Shown here: positions 9,927 to 22,098 of the stretch, in pieces
How positions within the stretch are numbered: position 1 is the stretch's first letter
How the letters are laid out: every line of letters starts with the position of its first letter
Source of the DNA: an uncultured Spirochaetota bacterium
Lineage (GTDB): Bacteria > Spirochaetota > Brevinematia > Brevinematales > JAOACQ01
NCBI GenBank assembly: GCA_963783575.1
Contig: CAWAOD010000003.1
Span: forward strand, 32,001-96,000
Direction of reading: 5' to 3'
DNA: 64,000 nt
Notes under the pieces: model-generated
What the model was told of the DNA's origin: nothing
Seen by the model: only the letters and a program-made list of their open reading frames with translations
Database searches by the model: none
Position numbers and translations under genes: made by a program

Positions 9927-12403
9927 ATGCTATCAAAAACTGCTGCTATCATAAACACTATTCACCGTAAGAAAAAGAGTTTAGAAAAAAAAGAGACACA
10001 AACCCTTGAATCCAGTAATTTTAATAACAACTGGCCGACTTATATCGGCTTTTTTCTTATATCGATGGCGGTTCTTTCTTACGAAGTTGTAATCAACCGG
10101 ATGTTTGCCTTCACTTACTGGTATCATTTTGCCTTTATGATTATATCCATAGCGCTTTTTGGAATCGGATTCGGCGGTCTGCTGGTTTATTTTACAAACA
10201 AGTTTTTAAAAGACAATATGCCGATAGTCCTTACAATGCTATCGCTTGGTATGGCCGTTTCTTTTCCTCTGGTACTTCTAAAAGTCAACACCATCCCGTT
10301 GATAATGGACCAATTAGGAAAAGACCCGGTACAGGATCAGTTTTTTATTCAGATCTTTTTGACAATGTCTATCCCATTTATTTTTTCCGGTTTTATCTTC
10401 TCATTTGTATTTACAAATTTTAAAAAAGATATCAACCGGATATATTTCTTCGACCTTCTTGGCGGAGGAGTGGGCTGCATATTCGCGTTAATCATTTTCG
10501 AGGGCCGCGGTCCTCTTTTAACGTCATTCATCCTGTCCATTCTTGTCATTGTAGCGGCAGCCGCTTTTGCTTTCAAACAGAGCAAAATTCTTGCTCTAAT
10601 TCTCATACCTGTGGTATCATTCGGAATGTTGTATTACGTTTTTCCCCAAATCCAGAATACAGATATCCGCCTGGCTAAGGGTTTCCAGGTTGTCGAAATT
10701 GATAAATCTGGCAAGGGAGAAAAATTAATGAGCATTTATGGAAAACGAGTCTATTCCTACTGGGATAATTTCGCTTTTGTCGCTGTCCACGAAACACAGC
10801 AGGGAGTGTCTCATTCCGTCGATGAAGACGGCGAGGGAACTTATGCCATTCACGCAGATTACTTCTGTTCGACGCCGCTGATGAAAATCGATAATAACTT
10901 AGACCCGGTTAATTACCAGTTTAAATATTTCTCCGGAACATGATTATCCCTATATTATCAGGAAAAACCCGGAAACAGTCGGGATAATCGGTGTGGGAGG
11001 CGGTAAAGACGTGATACAGGCGCTTGGCCGGGGAGCTAAAGAGGTTTACGGAGCGGAAATCAATAAAACCATATACAACATTTTCTCAAATGTTTACGAT
11101 GATTTACTTGGTAATCTGTCTAAACGCGCAAATGTTCACATTTTTAACGCTGAAGGTCGATTTTTTATCCGCTCATCCGGCAGAAAATATGATGTTATTG
11201 TCTTTGACAATGCCATTTCACAGTTAGCGGTATCAAGCGGAGCTTTTACTCTGGCGGAAAGTTATCTCTATACTCAGGAAGCAATGGAAGATTACATAAA
11301 ACATCTGAAAACAGACGGGGTTATCTATTTTTCAGGCCCAATTACGGATGCAACCCGTTACGCTACAGAATTAAGAGCAGCGTTTCAAAGCCTTCATTTG
11401 AATTTTGATTTCTCCAATTCGATATTTATTGCAGACAATCAATCACGCATATACCAGAAATGCAAGGTTATTGTAAAGAACGGCGCTTTTACCCGGGAAG
11501 AATCCGAAGCGCTCGTCAATCAGGCAAAAAGCGTTCATCATCTGGTCCTTTATGTTCCATATCATGAAAATAAATCGACTGTAGCCCATTTGATTACAAC
11601 TCCCGATATAGAAAGAGAGTACAGGATTAGTACGATAGAAATACGCCCTTCTACTGATGACTGGCCATTTTTTACACAGCGCCTGAAACCGGATATGGAA
11701 AAAGTGAATGACAAAGTTAAAGCCGCAATAAGGTTCCGTCCGGAACCCTTTCTTATGCTCCGGAATGCGACACAACAGGTTTCGGTTTTTGCATGCCTTT
11801 TTCTACTTCTTCCGCTTATCTTTCTTAATCTGAAGGGCTTCTCTGAGCTGAAAAATAAACTAGGATGCATTATTTATTTTGCATCTCTGGGAATGGGCTT
11901 TATGCTTATCGAAGTAGTCCTCATACAGAAGTATCAGCTTGTTCTTGGGCATCCTATTTATGCTTTTTCCATCGTACTGGCAGGACTTTTAATCAGTTCC
12001 GGCGCCGGTAGTCTCTTCTCCGAAAGGTTCAAGGATCCCTATCGGGCTATCCTTACCGGGGTAGCTGGGATAATCGTGGCAACGGCATTATCCTATCTTT
12101 TTTCCAGATTCCTCGCCCCATCAATTGTCGGCTATGCTTTCGGAATCCGGGTTGCTATTATTCTAGCCCTGGCTAGTACAAACGGTTTCTTTATGGGATT
12201 TTTAATGCCTTCGGGTATTCGCGCAGTTTCCAAAGTGGAAGAATCTATTTCCATGGATGTGGGCAATTAACAGTGTTTTTTCAGTATTTGCGAGTTTTCT
12301 ATCGATCTATATCTCAATAATCTTCGGCTTTTCATTTGTGCTTGCAATAGCTGTAGTAATTTATATAATAGGCTCATTGTTCATTATTTTAAGAAGGGTA
12401 TAA
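9927..12403 (+). CDS. Multi-pass membrane protein with central spermidine-synthase-like SAM-binding domain; frameshifts near 10945 and 12250
   Basis: N-terminal TM block (YFFDLLGGGVG), GIIGVGGGKDV/GAEIN/EGRFFIR/YDVIVFD core, PSTDDWPFF, C-terminal TM block ending WAINSVFSV...RRV*. Confidence 0.8.
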
Positions 12404-12466
12404 ATTCAGCAGTTATGATGTAAAAATCGGTTTTTTAATAAAAATGATATTTATTGTAAAATATTA

Positions 12467-12868
12467 TTAGAGTCTTCCTGAAATCTTTTCGATTGTCCCA
12501 GGTTTGTCTGCCTTGAGCTGCCTGGCAAAGTTTTTCGCCGCCTCAGAAATATCAAGGTATTTATCGCTCCAGAGGATAATCTCCGCCAGTAACGGTAATA
12601 AATCTTTTCCTTTCTGAGTTAGCTGGTATAAGAATTTCGTTTTATTCTCCGGGTGTGTTTTTTTACTGATTATTCCGGCTTTTTCCAGGTTGGCCAGGCG
12701 TCCGGCCAGGATATTAGTGGCGATTTTTTCTTCCGATTTCAAAAAATCACCGTAGGAATTTTTACCCCAGAACATAATATCCCTGATAATAAGCAGGGAC
12801 CATTTATCACCAAGAATGTCAAGGGCTGAACTCACAGCGCAGAATGATCTTCTTTTTATTTCTTTCAT
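12467..12868 (-). CDS. HxlR-family winged-helix regulator
   Basis: RSFCAVSSALDILGDKWSLLIIRD, IATNILAGRL, YQLTQKGKDL. Confidence 0.9.
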   Translation of the reverse strand: MKEIKRRSFCAVSSALDILGDKWSLLIIRDIMFWGKNSYGDFLKSEEKIATNILAGRLANLEKAGIISKKTHPENKTKFLYQLTQKGKDLLPLLAEIILWSDKYLDISEAAKNFARQLKADKPGTIEKISGRL

Positions 12869-12916
12869 AACAATAATATAAGGATAAATATTTATTAAAT
12901 CAAATTTTTAAATAAA

Positions 12917-12969
12917 TACTTGCATAATAAAAGTAGTTATTATATAATATTACTTGCAATATGCAAGCA
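12917..12969. promoter_or_regulatory. Two candidate HxlR operators in the divergent intergenic region
   Basis: TACTTGCATAATAAAAGTA (12917-12935) and TACTTGCAATATGCAAGCA (12951-12969), related 19-bp dyads. Confidence 0.55.
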
Positions 12970-13173
12970 ACATATAAGAAAGACAACTTGGACAAATTAC
13001 AGGTTTTGTTACAGTAATGGCAGAGCTACCTCTTATATTCCGTTGTTCTGTTCTACCGGGAATTTTGAAAAATTGGAGAATCTCTTAATGGAAATAAAAA
13101 AATATAAAACAACGGATATTCCCGGTTAAATCATTAGGTCATAAAAGTTTAAGTTTTAAAGAAGGAGAAAGAT

Positions 13174-13617
13174 ATGGATTACAAAACAATGACGGCACCG
13201 TGCGGATTGGACTGTTTCAATTGCCCGTTATATATCGCCGGTACCAATGATGATTTCAGGAAGCAGGTTGCCGAAAAGATGGGAATTCCTTTCGAAAAGG
13301 CGCAATGTAAAGGTTGTCGAAATGAAAAAGGAATCATTCGGGCCATCGGGAATAAGGAACCATGTAAAACATATGAATGTATCAAAGAAAAAAATTTGAG
13401 CTTCTGCTTTGAATGCTCCGATTTCCCCTGCAACAATTTACATCCATTTGTGCCCAGAACCGCCGATATCGAGCCGAACAATATCAAAGTTTTCAACTTG
13501 TGTCTGATTAAGAAGATGGGTTTGGAAAAATGGGCTGAAGAAAGCTCAAAGCAGGTACGGGATACTTATTTTAAGGGCAAAAGATTTATATTTAGAAACA
13601 ATGCACAACGGGTATAA
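13174..13617 (+). CDS. DUF3795-type Cys-rich (probable metal/Fe-S binding) protein
   Basis: APCGLDCFNC, CKGC, C...C, FCFECSDFPC cysteine pattern. Confidence 0.8.
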   Translation: MDYKTMTAPCGLDCFNCPLYIAGTNDDFRKQVAEKMGIPFEKAQCKGCRNEKGIIRAIGNKEPCKTYECIKEKNLSFCFECSDFPCNNLHPFVPRTADIEPNNIKVFNLCLIKKMGLEKWAEESSKQVRDTYFKGKRFIFRNNAQRV

Positions 13618-13759
13618 AGAAAAGACAATTTTTGATAAAAAGCTAAAAATTAACTTCTTATATAATATCAAATTACAAATACATAATTTTATTGAAAATG
13701 ACCTTTTCAGAAGACTCAATTGTTAAATTTAATATAACAATAAAAAAGGAGATAGAGAA

Positions 13760-14230
13760 ATGAGAAGAACAGACAGAGAACTGAAATCAAAAGAGGAATT
13801 GAAAAATGTATTGAATGATGGAAAAATCATACAAATTGCTTTTATTGACGAAAATGAACCTTACATTGTAACATTAAATTACGGTTATATCTGGGATGAA
13901 GAAAAAATTAAATTCTATTTTCATTCAGCAACTGATGGACGAAAAATAAATTGTATAAGAAACAATCCCAGAGTATGTTTTTCAATCTCAATCTGCGATC
14001 CTTTTATTCAAGGTGAAAAAGCTTGTAATTATGGGATGAAATATCGAAGTATAGTAGGTTATGGCCGAATGAAGATTGTTGAAAGTGATGACGAAAGAAT
14101 CTTTGGTTTGAATTTATTAATGAAACAATATACCGGAAAAGATAATTGGATATACGATGATAATATAATTAAAATAACAACAGTAAGCAGCCTAGATGTT
14201 GAAAAAATGTCGGGTAAGAGGAGGAAGTAA
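13760..14230 (+). CDS. Pyridoxamine 5'-phosphate oxidase-like flavin-binding protein (NimA-like)
   Basis: MRRTDRE start, PYIVTLNYGY, YFHSATDGRK, NPRVCF, YRSIVGYG. Confidence 0.85.
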   Translation: MRRTDRELKSKEELKNVLNDGKIIQIAFIDENEPYIVTLNYGYIWDEEKIKFYFHSATDGRKINCIRNNPRVCFSISICDPFIQGEKACNYGMKYRSIVGYGRMKIVESDDERIFGLNLLMKQYTGKDNWIYDDNIIKITTVSSLDVEKMSGKRRK

Positions 14231-14250
14231 AAAAAATCAATACAATTAAC

Positions 14251-14279
14251 TTGACATTATCAATTAATATGAATATTAT
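14251..14279 (+). promoter_or_regulatory. Sigma-70 promoter of the RRM protein gene
   Basis: TTGACA, 17 bp, TATTAT. Confidence 0.55.
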
Positions 14280-14296
14280 TAAATAAGAGGTTAAAA

Positions 14297-14557
14297 ATGA
14301 AAATTTATGCAGGAAATCTATCGTTTAATGTTACCGATGCAAGTTTGAATGATGTTTTTAAGGCTTTTGGAAATGTTAGTGAAGCTACAGTTGTTATTGA
14401 TCGCGGATCGGGCAAGTCGAAAGGTTTTGGGTTTGTAGAAATGCCAAACAATGCTGAAGCTGAAGAAGCTATAAAACAACTGGATGGCAAGGAAATCGAT
14501 GGAAGGAACATTAAAGTAAGTATTGCAAAGCAGAGAGAAGATCACCCTCGCCGATAA
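14297..14557 (+). CDS. RRM (RNP-1) RNA-binding protein
   Basis: RNP2 KIYAGNLS and RNP1 KGFGFVEM. Confidence 0.93.
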   Translation: MKIYAGNLSFNVTDASLNDVFKAFGNVSEATVVIDRGSGKSKGFGFVEMPNNAEAEEAIKQLDGKEIDGRNIKVSIAKQREDHPRR

Positions 14558-14596
14558 AAATCCTATATATTAAAACTGAACAACTGATATATTTTA

Positions 14597-17500
14597 TCAG
14601 AAAATATAAGTTTTTATTGGAAGTGTTATAATAAACTTTGTTCCTTTTCCTAATATACTTTCCAGCCTGATTGTTCCTCCATGTCTTTCCGTGATTTTTT
14701 TACATACGGCTAGGCCAATACCGCTGCCTTCATATTCATCTCTTCCATGAAGACGCTGAAACATCTTGAATATTCTGTCATAATGCTTCTCATCTATTCC
14801 GATGCCATTATCTTCCACCGCCATCATGTGATATCCCTCTGGAGCTTCCTCTAAAGCATAAATTCTTATCACCGGAGGTTCATCCGGCTTATGGAATTTT
14901 AAAGCATTAGCGATGAGATTCTTGAAATAACTGGCGCATCTGGGTCGGATCAGCTTCTATCGTGGGCAGGGAATCCGCTTCAACCCTGCCGGAAATCAAT
15001 TCTATCTTTAATTCCAGATCAGATATGACATCTTTTACTGTTTGATTAAGATCAACAGAAGAATAAGGTTTTGCTTGAGTTGTTACCCTTGAATAAGTAA
15101 GAAGGTCATCAATTAAAGCCTGCATCCTTAATGATGCGTTCCGTATCCTGTTAAGGTAGTCGCGTCCCTGTTCTTCCAGGGTGGGATAATATTTTTTATT
15201 CAATTGTTCACCAAAAGCAATTATTTTCCGTAAAGGTTCCTGTAAATCATCAGACGCGATATATGCGAATTGTTCCAATTCAGTATTCGATCGTTCCAAT
15301 TTCTTATTCATGTTAAATAACTCGGCTGTGCGTTCTTTAACTTTCAATTCAAGTTCTTCATTCAATTTTTTCATTTCGTCGTATAATCTGGCATTCTCAA
15401 GTGAAATGGCGGCCTGAGACGATAAGAGATTTAATACTTCAAGTCTCTCCGGTGTAAAAGCATCGGGTAACAGATTATTCTCAAGATATAGAATACAAAC
15501 CATTTCGCTTTGTCTGAAGACCGGCGTGCAAAGCACTGATTTTATCTTATTATTTAAAATATATGGATCCGAAACAAATAAACCTTCCTCTGACGCGTCT
15601 CTAAGCACAATATTTTCTTTTGTCCTTTTCACATATAGTATGATAGCGGGTGAGAGTTTTTGAGATTCTGAAACAGGAATGGTTCTAAAGCCGCCTTTGT
15701 TAATTTTTTCCAATGCCCCTTCGGCTTCAACAAAAAGATTATTATTATGTTCTAAAATAAGAAAACCTTTTTGAGCGCCTGCATTTTCTACTACAATATT
15801 CATCAGTATATTTAAAAGCTTTTCCCTCTCTATTTCCTGTGAAATTGCCTGTGACGCTTTTAAAATGGTCGATAAATCAAGACTAATAAAAGGAATTTCA
15901 CCTTTAGAAGCTTTTTTACCAGTTTCATAGTATTCTATTACCAAATGAGGGTATTTTTTTTCAATATCTTTTACCTTGGCTGTGGCCCCCCATTTCATAT
16001 AGCAGTGGTAAGCTTCCAGCATATATTTTTTCATATTTTCCAGATTGCCGGTATTTTGCATTAATAATGAGGCCCGTTCATTGGCAATCGCTTCATTCTG
16101 CTTATATCCATTTTCACGAGCGGAATTAATCGCCTGGTCGTAAAGATTTTTTGCTTTTTTAAATTGCCCCTTGATACCGGCCAGTTCGGCTTCGACTATT
16201 AAGTACTTGTGGAGAAAGTTCTCAGGGCAGTTATTTGCCCAAAGCTTCATCTGTTGCTGGTTTCGTTTGATGAAATGCATATATTTTCCATGCTCCCACC
16301 ATTTTGCTTGCCGGTAACAGGCAGTTATGGATAGGGAAGAATAAAAATTCGCCTCGGTTATGTGAAGATATCCCTTGGCGATGTCTTTTTTGACAACCAA
16401 ATTATATAATTCGGCAGAAATGGGGATACAATCCGCATATTCCCCGAAAAGGTAGTGGATTTTTATCTTAACCAGTAATAAAAAGAAAACCCCGATCAAT
16501 ATGCCTGATTTCTGGTAATCATTCATAACCTCTTGTTCATTAAAATCCATAGTGTCCAGTTTACCCCTGGCATCGGTATGCCCCTTTAAGCAGAGCAGCA
16601 TCTGGGCATTGACTCTATAATTCAGCGCGACAAATGGGTCCTTACTCCCGATCTGAAAATTTCTATAAATTTCATTTTCTTTCATAACTTCATCTATATT
16701 ATCTCCCAGTATAATGCGTGTAGCGCAGAGGAGATTTATTGAGTGATGGGCAAAAATTAAATTTCCCACTTCAATGTTGTTTTTATAAGCCTCTCGAAGA
16801 AGATCAAGATTGTATTTCGCATGTTTCATCCAGTGCTGGACAAAACCCGCGAATGACCAGACGGATAAGCCGATACTCTTTTTACTGGCAAGCTTTTCAA
16901 TAATCTTCAAACCCAATAAGCCGAATTTGTAACCCTGTTTATAAAAACCGAGCCCGCTTCCCAATATAGAACCGAAAAGGCTTAAAGTTAGACCTGAATA
17001 TTCATAATGTCCGTATTTAAGGATATGAAATGCACCTTCTATTATTATGTATGTCCAGATATTGGTATCAAAAAGGTAAGCGACTGTGCCTATGTTTATC
17101 GCTAATAAATGCCTTGTAATAATATCAGGATTTACCGCCATAGGAAGATCAATAATATCTTCAATTTTTATTTTTAATTTTTTAAATTGGAAATAAAACT
17201 GGAGCAGTTTTGAAACGATCATTCCCCTGGTCACGTGTTCCGGCAGGCATGATTCTAACCAATCGCATAGCCTCGATACCTTTCATAAGCGATTCTTTAT
17301 ATTTAGCCATATTGCCGTAAAGCAATATTATTAAAACATAAGCGCTGGCTTTTTCATTGCTGGTTTTCGCGTTTCGAAGGATTTCATTAAATATCCTTTC
17401 TGCCTCTATAAAATTGAGGGTTAAATATTCACATTCCATCCTTTCTTTGTATAGAAAATAGGTCAATTCATACTGGCTCTCCCAGCTATCATTTTCTAGA

Positions 17501-19776
17501 AGCCGCATTCCCGCTTTAAAATAATTATTGGCCGATTCAAAAGCAACGGATGTTTTAGCCTTTTGTCCTACCTCGAAATTCAACCGGGCTAATTCCAGTT
17601 TTTCTTGAGGGTTGTTTATTATCGGTATAGCTCGATTCAGTTGATCAACAGCGGTAAACATCTTTTCGGTTACTTCTCTTTTGTCCCCGGTTTTAGCTAA
17701 TATGATATGACCTATTCTGTAATGCATTTCAATTTTGCTTTCATCCGGAATGAGGCTATAAACCGCCTCCTGTATCCGGTCATGAACAAATTGATACTGG
17801 TTTCCCGATATAAAAATAAAGCCTTCACTTTCAACCTCGGTAAATGCTTTATAAATTTGACCCATATTATCATTATCTTTTAATAAACTAATGATAATTT
17901 CTTTATCAAACCTGTTACCTATGCAGGATGCGGTTTTAAGAATCCTCAGTTTTATTTCTGAAAGTTTTTCTATTTTTCCTCTCATCAGCTCAATCACATT
18001 GTTGGTCATCTGCGTCTGTTTGATTTTCTCAATATCCCATTGCCAGCCACTATTAAAATCAAAAAACACTATTTGTTCTTTATAAAGGTTCATTATAAAT
18101 TGTTTCAGAAAAAATGGATTACCTCCCGTTTTATCATAAATAAGCTGTGTTAAAGATTTTGTTTTTTCTTCCGGATAATGAAGGGTATCTGAAAGCAGCC
18201 TGTTTATATTCAAACTACCCAGCCCGGAAAGCGAAATAGAATTGATGATTACGTTTTCATTTTTCATCTTCTCAAATTCAATCAACAATGAATTATGAAT
18301 GTTCGATTTCTCCTGCCGAAAGATGCCTATGAAAAGAAAATAACCGGTATAAGAAGCAGTCAGCAATTTGATTAGATTAAAACTCGCAGCATCTATCCAT
18401 TGCAGATTATCAAGGAATAAAACCAATGGATGATCTGCCTCTATAAAAACTTCAGTGAATTTTCTGAAAAACAGATTAAATCGGTTCTGTGCTAGAATAG
18501 AATCAAGTTCGGGAATTTCCGCCTGTTTGCCTATAATCAATTCAACTTCCGGGATTACATCTGTAATTAGTTTCCCGTTATTTCCTAATGCCTCTAATAT
18601 TTTATTTTTCCAGGCCTGAATTTTTTCTTCACCTTCTACTAATAATATTTTTATTAATCCCTGAAATGCTGTAATTATACCGCTATATGGAATGTTTTTC
18701 GTAAATTGATCATACTTGCCCGATATAAAATAACACTTCTGATGAATTATCAATTTATGAAATTCATTAATAAGGGTTGACTTTCCTATTCCAGGTTCGC
18801 CGTTTATAAGCATTACTTCGTTTTTTCCATTACATACCCGTTCAAACGCCGCCAGCAGCGCTTCTATCTCCTTTTCTCTGCCGTATAATTTTTCAGGGAT
18901 ACTGAATTTTTCCGATATGTCTTTTTTACCCGGTAGAAATCCTTCAATTTTTCCGTTTTCATTCAACTGCCGCATACACTCTTCCAGATCCGCCTTTAAT
19001 CCTCCGGCGCTTTGGTAACGGTCTTCCGCTCCCTTCGACAATAGTTTCATGGTGATATCCGAAACCATTCCAGGGATATCCTGTTTCAATTCCCGTGGAG
19101 TTTTGGGCATTTTTGCGATATGAGCATGGATCAGTTCAAGAGGGTCACCGGATGAAAAAGGAAGGATGCCGGTCAGCATTGTATAAAATACTGTTCCGAG
19201 CGAATAAAAATCTGTCCGATAGTCCACAGACCGGTTCATTCGGCCGGTTTGTTCCGGCGAGATAAACGGCAGTCGATTTTCAATTACATCTTTATCATAA
19301 AAAGATCCCAATTCTTTTGTTTCAAGAAAAGATAACCCAAAATCCCCTGTTTTTATTAAGCTGCTGTCTTTATCAATGAAAATCGAAGTTAAACTGATAT
19401 TTCCATGATAGATATTATAAGAATGAATTTCTTTCAGCGCTTCCGATAGCTGAACAGCCATTGAAAGAAATGTCTTCAGGTTAATTTCTTCTCCTTTTAA
19501 AAATTCCTTCAATGGAATTCCGTTAAAATCTTCCTGGATCAACACAACACCCTCGATCGAACTTTGAATGTCGAATATTTTAATGATCCGATCTGATTTT
19601 ATATTGAACATCGCTCCATAAACCGATTTAAACCGGGCGATATTTTCAGGCGTGTTATATAAATCTTTATATATCTTAAATAATAAAGGCTTTCTGTTTT
19701 TATCCAGATTGGAATATCCATGGTATAAACCTAATGTTTCATTAAACTCTATCGTATAGTCCGGTAAATTAATCAT
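14597..19776 (-). CDS. Large Ser/Thr-kinase-like + AAA (STAND) ATPase + GAF + histidine kinase sensor; frameshifts near 17235 and 14915
   Basis: GDFG, ISPEQTGRMNRSVDYRTDFYSLG, GEPGIGKS, TGGNPFF, FVHDRIQEA, GAF SVLCTPV...QAAISLENARLY, HisKA LERSNTELEQFAYIAS, HATPase DNGIGI/GSGIGLA; AGGAGG RBS at 19782-19787. Confidence 0.88.
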
Positions 19777-19872
19777 ACCAGCCTCCTGATAAAAAATAGC
19801 AATAGTTTTTCCGGAGATCAATCCTTAATTTGTTTCAAAGGCAGCCCGATTCCTTTTTAATTTGCTAGAATC

Positions 19873-21648
19873 CTACTCCTTTTTTATTAACTGTAAACCT
19901 ATTCCCATTCCATTTTTTTCCTTTATTAATAAATCTTCCGCTTTTTCGACAGGAAAAGGCCGGCTTAACAAATAACCCTGAATGGTATCACAGTTATTCT
20001 TTTTCAAAAAATAAAGCTGTTCCTCATTCTCCACACCCTCTGCCAGAATTTCCATATTTAATCCATGGCCCATAGTGATAATTGATTGGATGATAATATC
20101 ATTCGAGTCTTTTTTATGGATATGATCGATAAATGATTTATCAATTTTTAAAATATTGCATGGGATTTCTTTCAGCCTGTTCAGGGAGGAAAAACCTGTT
20201 CCGAAATCATCTATGGAAATCCGGTATCCCAGAGCCTGAAGTTCATTCAACTTTAAATTTGTAGACATCATATCGTCCATAAAGATGGATTCCGTAACTT
20301 CCAGTTCGATTAATTTTGGGGCAACATTATTAGACGATGTTATTTTTGATAAATATTCCACAAAATCGGGTTTTTTAAATTGATTAATGGGCAGATTAAT
20401 TGAAATTGGAAGTACAGGGATTTTTATTTGTTGCCATTTGTTGAATTGTTCGCAAATATTATGGATTACCCAATCTGTGATAAATGAAATCAAGTTATTC
20501 TCCTCAGCAAATGGGATAAAATTTATAGGAGAGATGATCTTTTCCCCGTCTTGATTCCACCTGATCAGTGCCTCGAATCCTGTAATTTCTCCGGTTTGAA
20601 GTTTCATCTTTGGTTGATAATAAAGAATAAATTCATTCTGATCCACCGCCTTCCTGATTTTGCGGATCATATTCATTTTCTCGTTCACATTAATATTCAT
20701 GGATTTCTGATAATATTCAAAGTTGTTTTTACCATGTTTTTTTGTAAAATACATGGCGTTATCTGCATATTTTAAAAGGATTTCTGCATCAACAGAATCC
20801 AAGGGACAAAGTGAAATACCGATACTTACCCCGCTGAAGATTTCATGATTTTCTATATTGAACGGTTCATTGATGGAATTTATAATCCTGTTGGCAACTA
20901 TAGACGCGTCCTCATAAGTATTGATTTCCGTGAGAGATATCGAGAACTCGTCTCCGCCAAGCCGGGCTACGGTATCAATCGATGTTTTTAAACTGTTTCT
21001 TGATATGATGTCGCCTTTCCTGACCGATGAAAAAAGCCGTTTCGCGACTTCATTTAACAAAAGATCCCCGATATAATGCCCCAGAGAATCATTAATTACT
21101 TTAAAATTATCCAGGTCGAGAAATAAAACCGCAAGCATTCTTTTATAACGAATCGCATGCGACAGTGCATAATTCAACTGTTCTTTAAAAAACACCCGGT
21201 TAGGGAGGTTTGTAAGCTGGTCATAATATGCGAGGTACATAATTTGATTTTCCTTTGCTTTTTTATCTATCGCATACCGGATAGACCGTTCCATAAGATC
21301 CGGATCAACTTTACCCTTAACCAGGTAATCGCAGGCTCCATTTTTCATAGCAAGTATATCAATCTCACGGTTATTCTGGCCTGTCAGCATTATCACAGGA
21401 ATGTTTTTGTTTTTTCTCATTATCTCATTCAACAAGTCCAGGCCTGATTTCTCGCCTAAATTATAATCCAACAAAAACAAATCATAATAGTCTTTTTGAA
21501 TTTCGTCTTCCGCTTTCTCAAAATTGGGAATCCATTCAATTGAATATTTTTGGTTCACAATATTAGACAGGATATCCTTTGTAATAATAAAATCCTCTTC
21601 ATCATCGTCAACCATTAGGATTCGTATTTTTTCCTTTAGATCGGCCAT
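19873..21648 (-). CDS. Response regulator diguanylate cyclase/phosphodiesterase (REC-GGDEF-EAL)
   Basis: ILMVDDD receiver, RLGGDEF, FEALIRW, IDDFGTGFSSL, AEGVE. Confidence 0.93.
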   Translation of the reverse strand: MADLKEKIRILMVDDDEEDFIITKDILSNIVNQKYSIEWIPNFEKAEDEIQKDYYDLFLLDYNLGEKSGLDLLNEIMRKNKNIPVIMLTGQNNREIDILAMKNGACDYLVKGKVDPDLMERSIRYAIDKKAKENQIMYLAYYDQLTNLPNRVFFKEQLNYALSHAIRYKRMLAVLFLDLDNFKVINDSLGHYIGDLLLNEVAKRLFSSVRKGDIISRNSLKTSIDTVARLGGDEFSISLTEINTYEDASIVANRIINSINEPFNIENHEIFSGVSIGISLCPLDSVDAEILLKYADNAMYFTKKHGKNNFEYYQKSMNINVNEKMNMIRKIRKAVDQNEFILYYQPKMKLQTGEITGFEALIRWNQDGEKIISPINFIPFAEENNLISFITDWVIHNICEQFNKWQQIKIPVLPISINLPINQFKKPDFVEYLSKITSSNNVAPKLIELEVTESIFMDDMMSTNLKLNELQALGYRISIDDFGTGFSSLNRLKEIPCNILKIDKSFIDHIHKKDSNDIIIQSIITMGHGLNMEILAEGVENEEQLYFLKKNNCDTIQGYLLSRPFPVEKAEDLLIKEKNGMGIGLQLIKKE

Positions 21649-22032
21649 AAAACCTCCTGGAATTGTTTATATAGATATTCAGTAAAAATTCAATCTAATT
21701 ATTATTATTATATAGTTTTTGCAAAAAAAAGCAATGATATTTCAGACTAATTTGCTATTTATTTGTTTAATAAATCTTTGCATCAGAAACAATAATTTTA
21801 TAGATGCTAATATACAAATAACCTTTATGCAAATTTTATCCTAAAGATATGTGGAATTTAAATAACAATTTCAAAAGCACGCGGAGAATAATTATTGGAC
21901 TAAAGTCACCGGTGGAATTCCTGACCGGCTTCCGCTTTTAAAGGTCTTTTATCTCAATTGTTATTTTGCAGTTTTCTTTTTCTTGATTTTTTCTCATAAT
22001 AATTTATAATAAACAACCACGCAGCAAGACTG

Positions 22033-22073
22033 TACGCAACTTTGTTGCGTAAGGAATCTAAACCGGCTCAAGC
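22033..22073. repeat. REP-like palindromic repeat, copy 1 (copy 2 at 56590-56631)
   Basis: TACGCAAC-TTT-GTTGCGTA hairpin followed by AGGAATCTAAACCGGCTCAAGC, near-identical to 56590-56631. Confidence 0.7.
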
Positions 22074-22098
22074 GTCACGCTTATTAAAGGAGGTTTGA

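Noticed and set aside
12920..13129. 69-aa ORF between hxlR and DUF3795
   Set aside because: TTG start inside the operator dyads, no RBS, no recognisable motif
21870..21945. Possible structured RNA (GCGGA...CCGGT...ACCGG...TCCGC) in the gap upstream of the GGDEF-EAL gene
   Set aside because: Stems are only 5 bp, there is no second copy and no family resemblance
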